A program made the position numbers and the translations under genes. This document shows positions 51,292 to 61,491 of a stretch of 64,000 nt of DNA, in pieces. Each line of letters begins with the position of its first letter. Position 1 is the stretch's first letter. Source of the stretch: an uncultured Actinomycetota bacterium (GTDB lineage Bacteria > Actinomycetota > Actinomycetes > Propionibacteriales > Nocardioidaceae). The notes under the pieces were generated by a model. That model did not search any database. It was not told the origin of the DNA and saw nothing but the letters and a program-made list of their open reading frames with translations. Location of the stretch: NCBI GenBank assembly GCA_963825455.1, contig CAWGTG010000001.1, forward strand, positions 84,284 through 148,283. The letters run 5' to 3'.

Positions 51292-52026
51292 TCAGAGGAT
51301 GTGTCCGCCGTTGACCGTGATCTGCTGACCGGTGACGAAGCTCGCGGCCTCGGAAGCAAGGAAGGCGACCATCGCGGCGATGTCCTCGGGTGTCCCCAGG
51401 CGTCCCAGCGGTACCTCCGCGGCGTACGCCGACGTGTCGAGACCCTCATGTCGCTCGACAGGGATCCAACCCGGCTGCACCAGGTTCACCGTGATGTTGT
51501 CCGGTCCGAGCTCCTTGGCCCAGACCTTGGTCAGGCCGACCTGGGCGTGCTTCGCCGCGACGTAGGCGGACATGCGAGGCAGGGCCCGGTCAACCATGTC
51601 GGAGCCGATCAGGATCACCCGGCCGCCGCCGTTCACGCGCATGCCGGGCAACGCTGCCTGCACCATCAGCGTGGGACTCTTGACGAAGAACTCCAGCTGG
51701 TCGAGATGGGCGCGCCAGGTCAGCTCCTCAAGACCCGCCTCGGGCTGGGGGCCGGTCGCGTTGGCGACGACCGCCAGCACCGGCCCGAGACGCCGCTCGA
51801 CCTCGGCAACCAGGTCCGTCACGGCCTCCTCGTCGACGACATCAGCGCCGAATGCCTCGGCCACGCCTCCGGCCTGGCGTATCGACTCGACAACCGTGTC
51901 TGCCGCCGCCTGGCCGGCGCGATAGTTGACCGCGACCGCCCACCCGTCCACCGCGAGCCGTCGGGAGATGTGGGCGCCGAGCCCCCGGGAGCCCCCCGTC
52001 ACGAGGGCAACGCGATTCGGACCCAT
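51292..52026 (-). CDS. short-chain dehydrogenase/reductase
   Basis: TGGSRGLG, YVAAK and ITVNGG motifs. Confidence 0.92.
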   Translation of the reverse strand: MGPNRVALVTGGSRGLGAHISRRLAVDGWAVAVNYRAGQAAADTVVESIRQAGGVAEAFGADVVDEEAVTDLVAEVERRLGPVLAVVANATGPQPEAGLEELTWRAHLDQLEFFVKSPTLMVQAALPGMRVNGGGRVILIGSDMVDRALPRMSAYVAAKHAQVGLTKVWAKELGPDNITVNLVQPGWIPVERHEGLDTSAYAAEVPLGRLGTPEDIAAMVAFLASEAASFVTGQQITVNGGHIL

Positions 52027-52133
52027 CGGCCAACACTAGGCGTCGCAGGGCGGAGGGCAGCCGGTCACGCACGGACAACGACCGGACCCGCCAGGGCAAG
52101 GCTCGCTTGCCCGGCCCGTCGGAGGGTGGCGGC

Positions 52134-52643
52134 ATGACCAATCTGACCCATGGAAGAGACTTCCAGCTCGGCCAGGCGCTGCGCGCCACCGTGCTCACCA
52201 CTGCCGAGGAGACCGAGGGCCGCCATGACCTCACCGAGGGCCATCAGGCGGCCGGGGACATGACCGCACTGCACCTGCACCGTCGCTACGAGGAGAGGCT
52301 CTGGGTGGTCGGCGGGGAGGCCGAGGTCTGGGTCGGCGACCAGTACGCCGTCCTGCGCTCGGGCGACTTCGTGCACATCCCGAGGAACGTGCCGCACGCC
52401 GTCAGGGCCGGCGCCGACGGGTGCCACGCGCTGAACATCAGCTCGCCGGCCGGGTTCGCAGAGCTCGTGGCCCGGACCGGTACGCCGGCGGAGCTGGCCA
52501 CCGCCGAGACCGAGCTCGACATGGACCTGTTCATGGCGGTCACCCAGGACCTGGGCGATGTCGTGCTGGGTGACCCCGGGGCGCTGCCGGCCGATCTCAC
52601 CCCGGAGCAGCTGGCCCACGCACTGACCTTCGCGGAGGTTTGA
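52134..52643 (+). CDS. cupin-domain protein
   Basis: LHLHRRYEE and GDFVHIPRNVPH motifs. Confidence 0.88.
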   Translation: MTNLTHGRDFQLGQALRATVLTTAEETEGRHDLTEGHQAAGDMTALHLHRRYEERLWVVGGEAEVWVGDQYAVLRSGDFVHIPRNVPHAVRAGADGCHALNISSPAGFAELVARTGTPAELATAETELDMDLFMAVTQDLGDVVLGDPGALPADLTPEQLAHALTFAEV

Positions 52644-52652
52644 CGGGACGCA

Positions 52653-53591
52653 TCAGGGCCGCGCTCGGCCGTGGCCCGCCCGGAACGCCGCCGGCGGCAC
52701 GCCGTACTCGCGCTTGAAGGCCCGGCTGAAGTGGGCCGCGTCCACGAGCCCCCACCGGGCGCCCACCGCAGCCACCGGGCACGTGCCCTGCTCGGGGTCC
52801 AGCAGGTCACGCCGACACCGGTCCAGTCGTCGACGGCGGATGAACTCGGCGACACCGGTGCCCGTGGGCTCGAACAGCCGGTGCAGGTAGCGGACCGAGA
52901 TGTGGTGGGCCGCGGCCACGGTCGTGGGCCCGAGCTCGACGTCCGACAGGTGCTGTTCGATGTAGCCGCGGCACTGCACGAGGAGAGCTCGCCGCCGCGC
53001 GTCGTGGGAGACCGCCGGCTCGCGGTCGAGCTGGGCCGCCACTCCGACGTTGATCAGGTCGAGGATCGCGGACCCGAGGCGAGCACCGGCGGCTCCGTCG
53101 TCGGCGTCGAGATGAGCGGGGAGCGCACGGACCAGCGTCGACACCAGCCCAGCGGCACCGGTCGCCGGGAGCCGACGGCCGAGGAGCGGGGCCAGCTCGC
53201 GTGGCCGTAGCGGGCTGAGCCGCTTGGGGAAGGTGACCATCACCGCCCGTCGCCGGGTGTAGGTGCACCACATCGGCCGGGACAGGTCGACCAGCCCGAG
53301 GTCGCCGGGCTCGAACCGCGCGCTCCGGCCGGCCTGCTCGCCGGTGGAGGACCCGTTCGCCTGGACGAAGAGCGCGTACCGCTCCGGGTCGTCGACCCGG
53401 ATGTCGCGGGCGGTGCGCAGGGCCTCCCCGGGGGTGTTGCTGGACTCGACCACGCGCACCGGACCGACGTCGCCGACGCGCACCTGGTCGCCGTACACGC
53501 GTCCGGCGCGGCGTACGCGCATCCCGACGAAGCCCGGCACCGTGACCGGTTCCCAGGTCTCCCGAGTGGTTCCGAGGGGCATCTCCCACAT
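52653..53591 (-). CDS. AraC-family regulator (start uncertain)
   Basis: HHISVRYLHRLF and WGLVDAAHFSRAFKREYG motifs. Confidence 0.9.
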   Translation of the reverse strand: MWEMPLGTTRETWEPVTVPGFVGMRVRRAGRVYGDQVRVGDVGPVRVVESSNTPGEALRTARDIRVDDPERYALFVQANGSSTGEQAGRSARFEPGDLGLVDLSRPMWCTYTRRRAVMVTFPKRLSPLRPRELAPLLGRRLPATGAAGLVSTLVRALPAHLDADDGAAGARLGSAILDLINVGVAAQLDREPAVSHDARRRALLVQCRGYIEQHLSDVELGPTTVAAAHHISVRYLHRLFEPTGTGVAEFIRRRRLDRCRRDLLDPEQGTCPVAAVGARWGLVDAAHFSRAFKREYGVPPAAFRAGHGRARP

Positions 53592-53742
53592 TCTGCGCGC
53601 CGGGACATCGAGACCCAAACCGGTTCTCGACGGGACGCGGCGAGCAAGGCCGGCCCCGGCCGGGTCACGAGGTGGTCGCGGTCGGGTCACGACTCGTCCT
53701 GAGGTATCGCGCACTCGTGGCAGACGGTGCCACGGTCAGCAC

Positions 53743-54168
53743 ATGACCACCGCGGACAGCGTTGCCCAGGCCATCGCGCACGCCTTCGACTTCTGGCTCG
53801 GCGAGTGGGACGTGCACGACCCCGAGGGCAACCACGTGGGCAGGAACTCGATCACCGACCTCTACGGCACCGGCGCCCTGGCCGAGCACTGGCGTGGTGA
53901 CCGCGGCGTCGTCGGCCACAGCCTCAGTGCGTGGGACGTCGAGCGCGGCTGCTGGCACCAGACGTGGATGGACTCCACCGGCGGGGTGTTGCTGCTCGAC
54001 GGCGACGTGCAGGACGACGCGATGGTGCTCGAGGGCATCGACGCCGACTCGCGCCAACGGATCACCTGGACCCGCGACGGCGACGGCGTCCGCCAGCTCT
54101 GGGAGACCTCCAAGGACGACGGGGAGACCTGGGAGACCGCGTTCGACGGCCGCTACCGGAGGGCCTGA
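53743..54168 (+). CDS. DUF1579-like beta-barrel hypothetical protein
   Basis: FDFWLGEWDV, WHQTWMD and SKDDGETW motifs. Confidence 0.72.
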   Translation: MTTADSVAQAIAHAFDFWLGEWDVHDPEGNHVGRNSITDLYGTGALAEHWRGDRGVVGHSLSAWDVERGCWHQTWMDSTGGVLLLDGDVQDDAMVLEGIDADSRQRITWTRDGDGVRQLWETSKDDGETWETAFDGRYRRA

Positions 54169-56888
54169 ACCAACAGCTCGGCCAGGTGCAGGGCCGGTAC
54201 GCCGGCCAGGTCGTCGAGCTGGAGCCGGCAGGACATGCCGTCGGCGAGCACGACGGCGTGCGGCTGGGCTCGCACAGCCGGCAGCAGGTGGGTCTCGGCC
54301 ACCGCGACCGAGACCTCGTAGTGGCCCTTCTCCATGCCGAAGTTGCCCGCCAGGCCGCAGCAGCCCGCGACCCGGGTGACCGTCGCACCGGCGCGCTCGA
54401 GCAGCCGCTGGTCGGCGGCCCAGCCGATGACGGCGTGGTGGTGGCAGTGCGGCTGGGCGACCACCTCGACACCGGTCAGGTCGGGCAGCGCGAGCTGCTC
54501 ACGCTCGACGAGCTCGGCGAGGCTGAGCACGTCGAGGGTGCTGCCGGTGAGCTCGGCGGCGTCGCTGCGCAGCGTGGCGAGGCAGGACGGTTCCAGGCCG
54601 ATGACGGGCACACCCGACTCGACGTACGGCGCGAGCGCGGCCACCGTGCGCGTCATGATCCGCTGCGCCTGGTCGAGCTGGCCGGTGGTGATCCAGGTGA
54701 GACCGCAGCAGGCGTCGTCGGGGATCACGCGGGCGGTCAGCCCGGCGGACTCGAGGTAGCGGATCGCGGCGTGGCCGTTGGCCGGGAGGAAGTGGTCGCT
54801 GAAGGAGTCCGCCCAGATCCAGACGTCGGGCGTGCCACCCGTAGGAGCGGACCTTCGCAGCGTCGTCTTTGCGAACGCCGGGAGAGAACGTCGCTGGTCG
54901 ATGCCGGCCGCCGACTTTGCCAACCTCGCCACCGGGCCGAGGCGCATCATCCGGTTGGCCAGCGGCGCGACCGGCGCGGCCCGATCCGCCCACTGCGGGA
55001 GCCGGCCCAGCAGGCGATGGCTGCGCGGGCGGCGTACGCCCTCCACGTCGTGCTTCTGGTGCAGCGCCTCGGCCTTGTAGGTCGCCATGTCCACGCCGGT
55101 CGGGCAGTCCGACGCGCAGCCCTTGCAAGCCAGGCACAGGTCGAGGGCCTCGGCGACCGCCGGGTCCGCGAAACCGTGCACCAGCGACCCGTCGATCGCC
55201 TCCTGGAGCACCCGGGACCGCCCTCGGGTGGAGTCCTTCTCGTCGCGCGTGGCGAGGTAGGACGGGCACATCACGCCACCGGTGGACGCGGCGACGCACC
55301 TGCCGACGCCGGTGCAGCGGTGCACCGCGTCGGCCAGCCGGCCACCGTCATGCGGGAGCTTGAGCAGGGGCAGCACCGGCTGGCGAGCGCGGACCGGCCG
55401 CAGGTCGGCGTCGAGGGGCGCCGGGTCGACCAGGTTGCCGGGGTTGAGCAGGTTGCGCGGGTCGCAGATCTCCTTGACGGCCGCGAATAGCCGGAGCGAC
55501 TCGGCGTCGTACATCAGCGGCAACAGCTCGGAGCGTGCCCGGCCGTCGCCGTGCTCGCCGGAGAGGGAGCCGCGATGGTCCCGCAGCCTGAGGGCGCAGG
55601 CGGTGAGGAAGTCGCGGAAGACCGCCGCGGAGCGGCGGTCGCCCGGCTGGAAGGGGAAGTCGATCCGCACGTGCACGCAGCCGTCGCCGAAGTGGCCGTA
55701 GGGGACCCCGTCGAGGCCGTGCTCCATCAGCAGCTCGTCGAAGTCACGGAGCCAGGCGCCCAGCCGTTCCGGAGGAACCGCGGCATCCTCCCAGCCGGAG
55801 TGCGCCGGGGTCTTCAGGCTGCGGGCCGCCAGGCCGGCGCCGTCCTCACGGATCCGCCACAGCGCGGCCGCCTCGGCGGCGTCGGTGACGAGCCTGTGGG
55901 CCAACGCACCGGCTTCGCCCGCGATCTTCGTGGCCAGCTCCCTCGCCTCGGGACCGACCAGCTCGACGAAGAGCCAGCCGGCGCCGCCGGGCAGCTCGGG
56001 GACCGCGCTGCCGCGGGCGTTCACCAGGTCGACGATCCGGGCGTCCAGCCCCTCGCAGGCCACCATGGCGCCGCCGGTGGCCGCCAGCAGGGCCGGGACG
56101 GCGTCCGCCGCCTCGACCATCGACGGGTAGCCGAGCACCACGAGCAGCCGGTCGACCGTGTCGTCGACCAGGCGGACGGTGGCTTCTCGGACCAGTGCGA
56201 GGGTGCCCTCCGAGCCGACGAGGAACCGGTCGACGCTGCGGCCGTGCTCCGGCAGCAGGTGCTCGAGCGAGTAGCCGCTCACCTGGCGACCGAACCGGCC
56301 GAACTCGGTGCGCACGTGCGCCAGGTGCTGGTCGACCAGCGCCGCCAGACGCGCCTCGACATCCTGTGCTCCGGGCCCCCAGGTGACGTCCAGCGCCACC
56401 ACGTTGTCGACCGTGCGTCCGTAGCCGAGCGCCCGCGACCCGCAGGCGTTGTTGCCGATCATCCCCCCGACCGTGCAGCGGGTGTGCGACGACGGATCAG
56501 GCCCGAAGCGGAGGCCGTGGGGAGCGGCCGCGCGCTGGAGGTTGGCGTGCACGACGCCCGGCTGCACGACCGCCGTACGTGCCTCGGGGTCGATCGAGAC
56601 GACCCGGTTGAGGTGCCTGACGGTGTCGACGACGATGCCGGGGCCGACGGCGTTACCGGCGATCGAGGTGCCGGCTCCGCGCATGGTGATCGGTACGCCG
56701 GTGGCCCGCGCGACGTCGAGGATCGCGTCCAGCTCGTCCGCGACGCGGGGCCTGACGACCACCTGCGGGACCACGCGGTAGAGGGAGGCGTCCGAGGAGT
56801 AGAGCGCCCGGGTGAGGACGGAGTCGTCGACGTCGGAGACCCCTCGCTTCCGCAGCTCTGCAGTGAGATCTGCCGAGTCTGCGGTCAC
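54153..56888 (-). CDS. FAD-binding, Fe-S-binding oxidoreductase (GlcD/GlcF-like fusion; D-2-hydroxyacid dehydrogenase-like)
   Basis: RGAGTSIAG, GSEGTL, SGEHGDG, CTGVGRC, CLACKGC..CP and CCG motifs. Confidence 0.92.
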   Translation of the reverse strand: MTADSADLTAELRKRGVSDVDDSVLTRALYSSDASLYRVVPQVVVRPRVADELDAILDVARATGVPITMRGAGTSIAGNAVGPGIVVDTVRHLNRVVSIDPEARTAVVQPGVVHANLQRAAAPHGLRFGPDPSSHTRCTVGGMIGNNACGSRALGYGRTVDNVVALDVTWGPGAQDVEARLAALVDQHLAHVRTEFGRFGRQVSGYSLEHLLPEHGRSVDRFLVGSEGTLALVREATVRLVDDTVDRLLVVLGYPSMVEAADAVPALLAATGGAMVACEGLDARIVDLVNARGSAVPELPGGAGWLFVELVGPEARELATKIAGEAGALAHRLVTDAAEAAALWRIREDGAGLAARSLKTPAHSGWEDAAVPPERLGAWLRDFDELLMEHGLDGVPYGHFGDGCVHVRIDFPFQPGDRRSAAVFRDFLTACALRLRDHRGSLSGEHGDGRARSELLPLMYDAESLRLFAAVKEICDPRNLLNPGNLVDPAPLDADLRPVRARQPVLPLLKLPHDGGRLADAVHRCTGVGRCVAASTGGVMCPSYLATRDEKDSTRGRSRVLQEAIDGSLVHGFADPAVAEALDLCLACKGCASDCPTGVDMATYKAEALHQKHDVEGVRRPRSHRLLGRLPQWADRAAPVAPLANRMMRLGPVARLAKSAAGIDQRRSLPAFAKTTLRRSAPTGGTPDVWIWADSFSDHFLPANGHAAIRYLESAGLTARVIPDDACCGLTWITTGQLDQAQRIMTRTVAALAPYVESGVPVIGLEPSCLATLRSDAAELTGSTLDVLSLAELVEREQLALPDLTGVEVVAQPHCHHHAVIGWAADQRLLERAGATVTRVAGCCGLAGNFGMEKGHYEVSVAVAETHLLPAVRAQPHAVVLADGMSCRLQLDDLAGVPALHLAELLVQALR

Positions 56889-56889
56889 C

Positions 56890-58164
56890 TCACCAGTGTT
56901 CCATCGAGGCGACGAACACCTGCGCGAGGTCCTCCTCCGTGGGCGCCTTGGGCGAGGTGGCGAGGAGTCGCTGCTGCTGGGTGGCGCCGGCGACGAGGTC
57001 GTCGACGTCGGAGGTGCCGTAGCCGACCTCGGCCAGGCCGTTCGGGATCCCGATGTCGCGCATCAACGCGGTGACCACGTTCGCCAGGAGCTCCGGGCCG
57101 TCGCCGCTCGCGTCCGGGTCGAGGATCCGGGCCGCGCGCAGGTGTCGTTCGGGCGCTGCGTCGAAGGTGAACCGGAACGCCGCCGGCGCGGTCAGCGAGA
57201 CGGCCATTCCGTGCGGCACGATCGGCTCGCCCTCGGGGTAGCCGTCCGGCACGTAGCCCCTCACCCGGCCGGCGATGGGGTAGGCGTTGGCGTGCGGGAT
57301 GTGCACGCCGGCGTTGCCGAAGCCCAGCCCGGCGAAGGTGGCGGCCATCGCCATCTGCTCGCGCGCCTCGGTGTCCGAACCGTCCTTGATCGCGCGCCGG
57401 AAGGCGCCGGCCAGGAGCGACATCGCCTTCTCCGACCACATGTCGGCGATCGGGTTGGCGCCGCAGTAGGGCACCCGCTCCTCGGGCTCCTTGGCGTCGA
57501 AGTCGGCGTACCAGCGCGCGGTGTAGCTCTCCAGCGCGTGGCAGAGGATGTCCATCCCGGACGCGGCGGTGACCATCTTCGGCTGGGTCACGGTGAGCCG
57601 GGGGTCGACGATCGCCAGCTTCGGACGGAGGGCGACATGGCTGATGCCGGTCTTCACCTTGAGCGCCAGCACGTCGAGCACGCAGATCGTGGTGCTCTCG
57701 CTGCCGGTGCCGGTCGTGGTCGGGATGGCGACCAGCGGCAGCAGCGGGTACGCAGGAGGCCGCGCCTCGCCGACCGGCGCGTTGATGTAGTCCATCAGCT
57801 CACCCGGGTTGGTGAGCAGCAGGTTGACCGCCTTGGCGGTGTCGATCGAGGAGCCCCCGCCGACGGCCACGATGGCGTCGAAGGGCTTGGCCCCGGAGCT
57901 GGCGTCGCGGGCGAAGTCGATGGCCTCGTTGAGCGACTCGTCGGTCGGCTCTACCCGCGCCCGGTCGAAGATCACCACCTCGATACCGCGCTGCCAGACC
58001 TGCTCGGCGATCCGCGAGGGGTGGCCGGTCTCCATGACGCCCTGGTCGGTGACGAGCAGGACCCGACGGGCGCCGAACGTCGCCAGGTCGTGGCCCACTT
58101 CGGCCGAGGCGCCCGGCCCGAACTTGAGCGCGGGTGCGGCGTACGTGAAGACCGTCTCGGTCAC
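56890..58164 (-). CDS. hydroxyacid-oxoacid transhydrogenase (Fe-ADH family)
   Basis: GGGSSID, PTTTGTGSE, DILCHALESY, GVHIPH and PHG motifs. Confidence 0.9.
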   Translation of the reverse strand: MTETVFTYAAPALKFGPGASAEVGHDLATFGARRVLLVTDQGVMETGHPSRIAEQVWQRGIEVVIFDRARVEPTDESLNEAIDFARDASSGAKPFDAIVAVGGGSSIDTAKAVNLLLTNPGELMDYINAPVGEARPPAYPLLPLVAIPTTTGTGSESTTICVLDVLALKVKTGISHVALRPKLAIVDPRLTVTQPKMVTAASGMDILCHALESYTARWYADFDAKEPEERVPYCGANPIADMWSEKAMSLLAGAFRRAIKDGSDTEAREQMAMAATFAGLGFGNAGVHIPHANAYPIAGRVRGYVPDGYPEGEPIVPHGMAVSLTAPAAFRFTFDAAPERHLRAARILDPDASGDGPELLANVVTALMRDIGIPNGLAEVGYGTSDVDDLVAGATQQQRLLATSPKAPTEEDLAQVFVASMEHW

Positions 58165-59075
58165 GATTTCAACCTACGCTCGCTGGCGGCGAGCGCCGAC
58201 CGGACCACGTCTCGGATCCGGTAGGGCTCGTCGCCGAGCGCCGACAACGGCACCCACGCCGCAGCGTCGGTGGTGCCGTCGACCTCCAGCACAGCCGGTT
58301 CGCCCGCGGAGACGGTGGCGTCGAAGACGACCTGCAGGGCGTGGAAGTCCTCCCGGCGCCCCGACGGGGCGGTGCCCTCGAAGTGGGTGGAGCCGACGTC
58401 CAGCACCTCACCAGGGGTGCAGTCGAGACCCGTCTCCTCCCGGACCTCGCGGACCAGCGCGTGCCGAGCCTCCTCGCCGTGGTCGATGCCGCCGCCGGGA
58501 AGCGTCCACCAGCCCGGGTGCGGGCCGCGCGAGGAGTTGCGCGTCAGCAGGACCTCCCGGCCGGCGGCAGCGTCCCGCAGGACCAGCGCGTAGGCCGCGA
58601 CGCGCTGCAGCTGGAAGGGCCGGTGCTCCTCGAGCACCTCGGTCACGAGGCTCACCACGGGCACCGAGCCGTTGAGGACCGAGGCGACCGGCTGCCACGC
58701 CGCTTCCATCGTCGAGCCGTCGACCTCGACGACGTGCGGTTCCGGGCTGTCGAGCGGCACCCAGCCGTCGTAGACGATCCGCAGCGCGTGCGCGTCCGCG
58801 CGGCGGCCCTGCCGCCAGGTGTTGCGCTGGTGGTAGGAGTACACGCGCGCGGTCTCGTCGATGACCACGTTCAGTCCGGTCTCCTCGTGCACCTCGCGGA
58901 CCACCGCGTCGCGCGGATCCTCGCCGTGCTCGAGGCCGCCGCCAGGAAGCGTCCACAGCTCTTTGCTGGTCAGTCGCTTGGCCAGCCGGCTCAGCAGGAT
59001 GTGCTCGTCGCGCATGATGACGGCGTACGCCGCCACCCGCTGCACCCTCCGCACCTGTCGTCGCTCAGCCACCAC
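58161..59075 (-). CDS. tandem two-domain NUDIX hydrolase
   Basis: Two Nudix boxes: PGGGLEHGEDPRDAVVREVHEETG and PGGGIDHGEEARHALVREVREETG. Confidence 0.92.
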   Translation of the reverse strand: MVAERRQVRRVQRVAAYAVIMRDEHILLSRLAKRLTSKELWTLPGGGLEHGEDPRDAVVREVHEETGLNVVIDETARVYSYHQRNTWRQGRRADAHALRIVYDGWVPLDSPEPHVVEVDGSTMEAAWQPVASVLNGSVPVVSLVTEVLEEHRPFQLQRVAAYALVLRDAAAGREVLLTRNSSRGPHPGWWTLPGGGIDHGEEARHALVREVREETGLDCTPGEVLDVGSTHFEGTAPSGRREDFHALQVVFDATVSAGEPAVLEVDGTTDAAAWVPLSALGDEPYRIRDVVRSALAASERRLKS

Positions 59076-59138
59076 CCCAACCTAAGGCGTAGCCCCACCG
59101 CAACCGCGGCCCTACGCTCGCCCAGAGGGGTGGTGCGT

Positions 59139-59957
59139 GTGGCCGATGTCCTGGTCGGGCGGGCGGGCGAGCTGGCCACGCTGACCGAGGCCATGCGCGC
59201 CGCGAGCCGCGGCCAGGGCCGGCTGGTTCTCGTCCGAGGCGAGGCGGGCATCGGCAAGACGCGGCTGATCGACGAGCTGGCCCAGCGGGCGGCACGGAGC
59301 CATGTGGTGCTGACCGGCCGCGCCGTACCCGGCGGCGGGGCCTACCGCCCGGTGGCCGAGGCGCTGGTCGGGCTGCTCCGCAGCGGAACCGCCGTCCCGC
59401 CCGAGGCCCTCGGTCCCTACCGCGCACCGCTGGCCAGGGTGCTGCCGGACTGGAGCGAGCCGGGCGACTCGCCCCACGAGGCGGACGCGGACCCGGCGCT
59501 GGTGCTGGGCGAGGCGGTGGCGAGATTCCTGGCCGAGGTCGGCCGGGAACGCCCGTGCCTGCTCGTGCTCGAGGACCTGCACTGGGCGGACGCCGACACC
59601 CACGCGGTGGTACTGCACCTGGCGACAGCGGTCCGCAGCCTTCCTGTGCTCGTGGTCGTGTCGGCGCGGGACGACGAGCCGGGCACCGACCCGACCACCA
59701 GGCTGGAGCTCACCCCGGGGGTGGTGACCCTGGCCGTCGGCCGGCTCCCAGACGACGCCGCGGCCGAGCTGGCGACGGCCGTCCACGGGCCGCTCGACGA
59801 GGTGACCCTGCGGCAGCTGACCGGGCGCGCCGAAGGGTTGCCGCTGCTCGTGGAGGAGCTGTCGCCGCAGACGGCCGCCGGACCGGTGCCTCCGACGTTC
59901 GCCGGACTCGTCGAGTCCCGGCTCGGCGCGCTGTCCGAGCCGCATCGGCGCGTGGTG
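59139..59957 (+). pseudogene. truncated AAA-ATPase (MalT/LuxR-type large regulator), N-terminal part only
   Basis: LVGRAGEL, GEAGIGKTRL, LEDLHWAD and AEGLPLLVEEL motifs; coding signal ends at about 59957. Confidence 0.78.
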
Positions 59958-60187
59958 GCGCCGAGCACGAGACCCGCTACACCGCGCGGCCGGGCGGACG
60001 GCTGGTCGCGACGGGGTCGGCCGTGGCGTACGCCGGTGACGTGGACGGACTGCTGCCTCCCGGCGACATCCACCGCGTCACCAACGCCGGCACGGACCTC
60101 GCGATCTCCCTGCATGTCTACGGTGCCGACCTGAGCCTCGTCGGGTCGAGCATCCGTCGGCGCTACGACGACGCCCTGGTCGGGTAG
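59958..60187 (+). pseudogene. C-terminal remnant of a cysteine dioxygenase-family cupin
   Basis: GAEHETRY..PPGDIHRVTN..AISLHVYGAD; no start codon and no N-terminal HxH motif. Confidence 0.75.
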
Positions 60188-60195
60188 CGCCTTCC

Positions 60196-61449
60196 TCAGG
60201 CGAACGGCGGTCGGTGGTCGCGCGCGATCGAGCGGCGGCCCGCCCAGCGCCAGACCCGGGCGGCACGGTCGCGGTCCTCGTCGGTGATCAGGTTGCCCAT
60301 CCACCGCAGCGCCAGGGTCATCAGCCAGTCGGACCGCATTCCGGCCGGGCCGAGGGTCGACAGGAGGTGCGGGATCGTGACGAGCCCGGCGAGCCGCCGG
60401 GCGATGGAGAACGCCTCGCCGTAGTGCTCGCGGAGCAGCGCGGGCCACGCGGTCGCGAGGTCGTCGCCGCTCGCGATCATGTCGGCGACCAGCCTTCCGG
60501 TCTCGAGGCCGTAGTCGATGCCCTCGCCGTTGAGTGGGTTCACACAGGCCGCTGCATCGCCGATCAGCGCCCAGTTGGGGCCGGCGACGTTGGTCACGGC
60601 ACCGCCCATCGGCAGCAGCGCCGAGGTGGGCATCCGAAGCTCGCCGGAGAGCTCGAACTCGTCGCGGCGCAGCTCGGCGTACTGCGACATCAGCGGCTTG
60701 ATGGCGAAATCGGCTGGCCGCTTGCTCGTGGCGAGCGTCCCGACGCCGATGTTCACCTCGCCGTTGCCGAGCGGGAAGATCCAGCCGTAGCCGGACAGCA
60801 CCTTCCCCGCCTGGTCGCGGAGCTCGAGGTGGGAGCTGATCCACGGGTCGTCGCTCATCCCGCTCGCGACGTACGACCGGCCGGCGACGCCGTAGACGGT
60901 GTCGCGGTGCCACTCCCGCCCGAGCACCTTGCCCAGCGGTGAGCGGACGCCGTCTGCCACCACGAGGTGACGGCAGCCGATCTCGATCGGCCCGTCGTCG
61001 GTCTTGAACACCACACCCGCGACCCGGTCGCCCGCGCGGCGTACGTCGACCGCCCGGGCGCCGTCGACCGCGGTCGCACCGGCCTTGATGGCGGTGGTCC
61101 GCAGGTGGTCGTCGAGCTCGGTGCGCGCCACCGCTGAGCCCCACGACGGAAGCCCCGTGCCGGGTTCTCCTGAGCCGGGCCAGGGCAGCAGGAGCGTCTG
61201 GCCGAAGCCGTGCGCCCGGAGACCCTGGTTCACCGCATGAGCGCGCAGCCAGTCGTCCAGCCCCAGCCGCTGCATCTCGCCGACCGCGCGCGGGGTGAGG
61301 CCGTCGCCGCAGGTCTTGTCCCGCGGGAAGACCGCCGCATCGGCCAGCACGACTTCAGCCCCGCCGCGGGCCGCCCAGGCGGCCGCCGCCGACCCCGCGG
61401 GGCCGGCGCCGACGACGAGAACGTCGGCGTGCAGGGGCGGGCTGGTCAC
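60196..61449 (-). CDS. geranylgeranyl reductase family (MenJ-like menaquinone reductase)
   Basis: GAGPAGS, FPRDKTCGDGLT, GYGWIFP and GDAAACVNPLNGEGI motifs. Confidence 0.88.
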   Translation of the reverse strand: MTSPPLHADVLVVGAGPAGSAAAAWAARGGAEVVLADAAVFPRDKTCGDGLTPRAVGEMQRLGLDDWLRAHAVNQGLRAHGFGQTLLLPWPGSGEPGTGLPSWGSAVARTELDDHLRTTAIKAGATAVDGARAVDVRRAGDRVAGVVFKTDDGPIEIGCRHLVVADGVRSPLGKVLGREWHRDTVYGVAGRSYVASGMSDDPWISSHLELRDQAGKVLSGYGWIFPLGNGEVNIGVGTLATSKRPADFAIKPLMSQYAELRRDEFELSGELRMPTSALLPMGGAVTNVAGPNWALIGDAAACVNPLNGEGIDYGLETGRLVADMIASGDDLATAWPALLREHYGEAFSIARRLAGLVTIPHLLSTLGPAGMRSDWLMTLALRWMGNLITDEDRDRAARVWRWAGRRSIARDHRPPFA

Positions 61450-61491
61450 CCCTGCATTGTCTCAGGGCGCCCGCCTGCGCCGTGAATCCGG

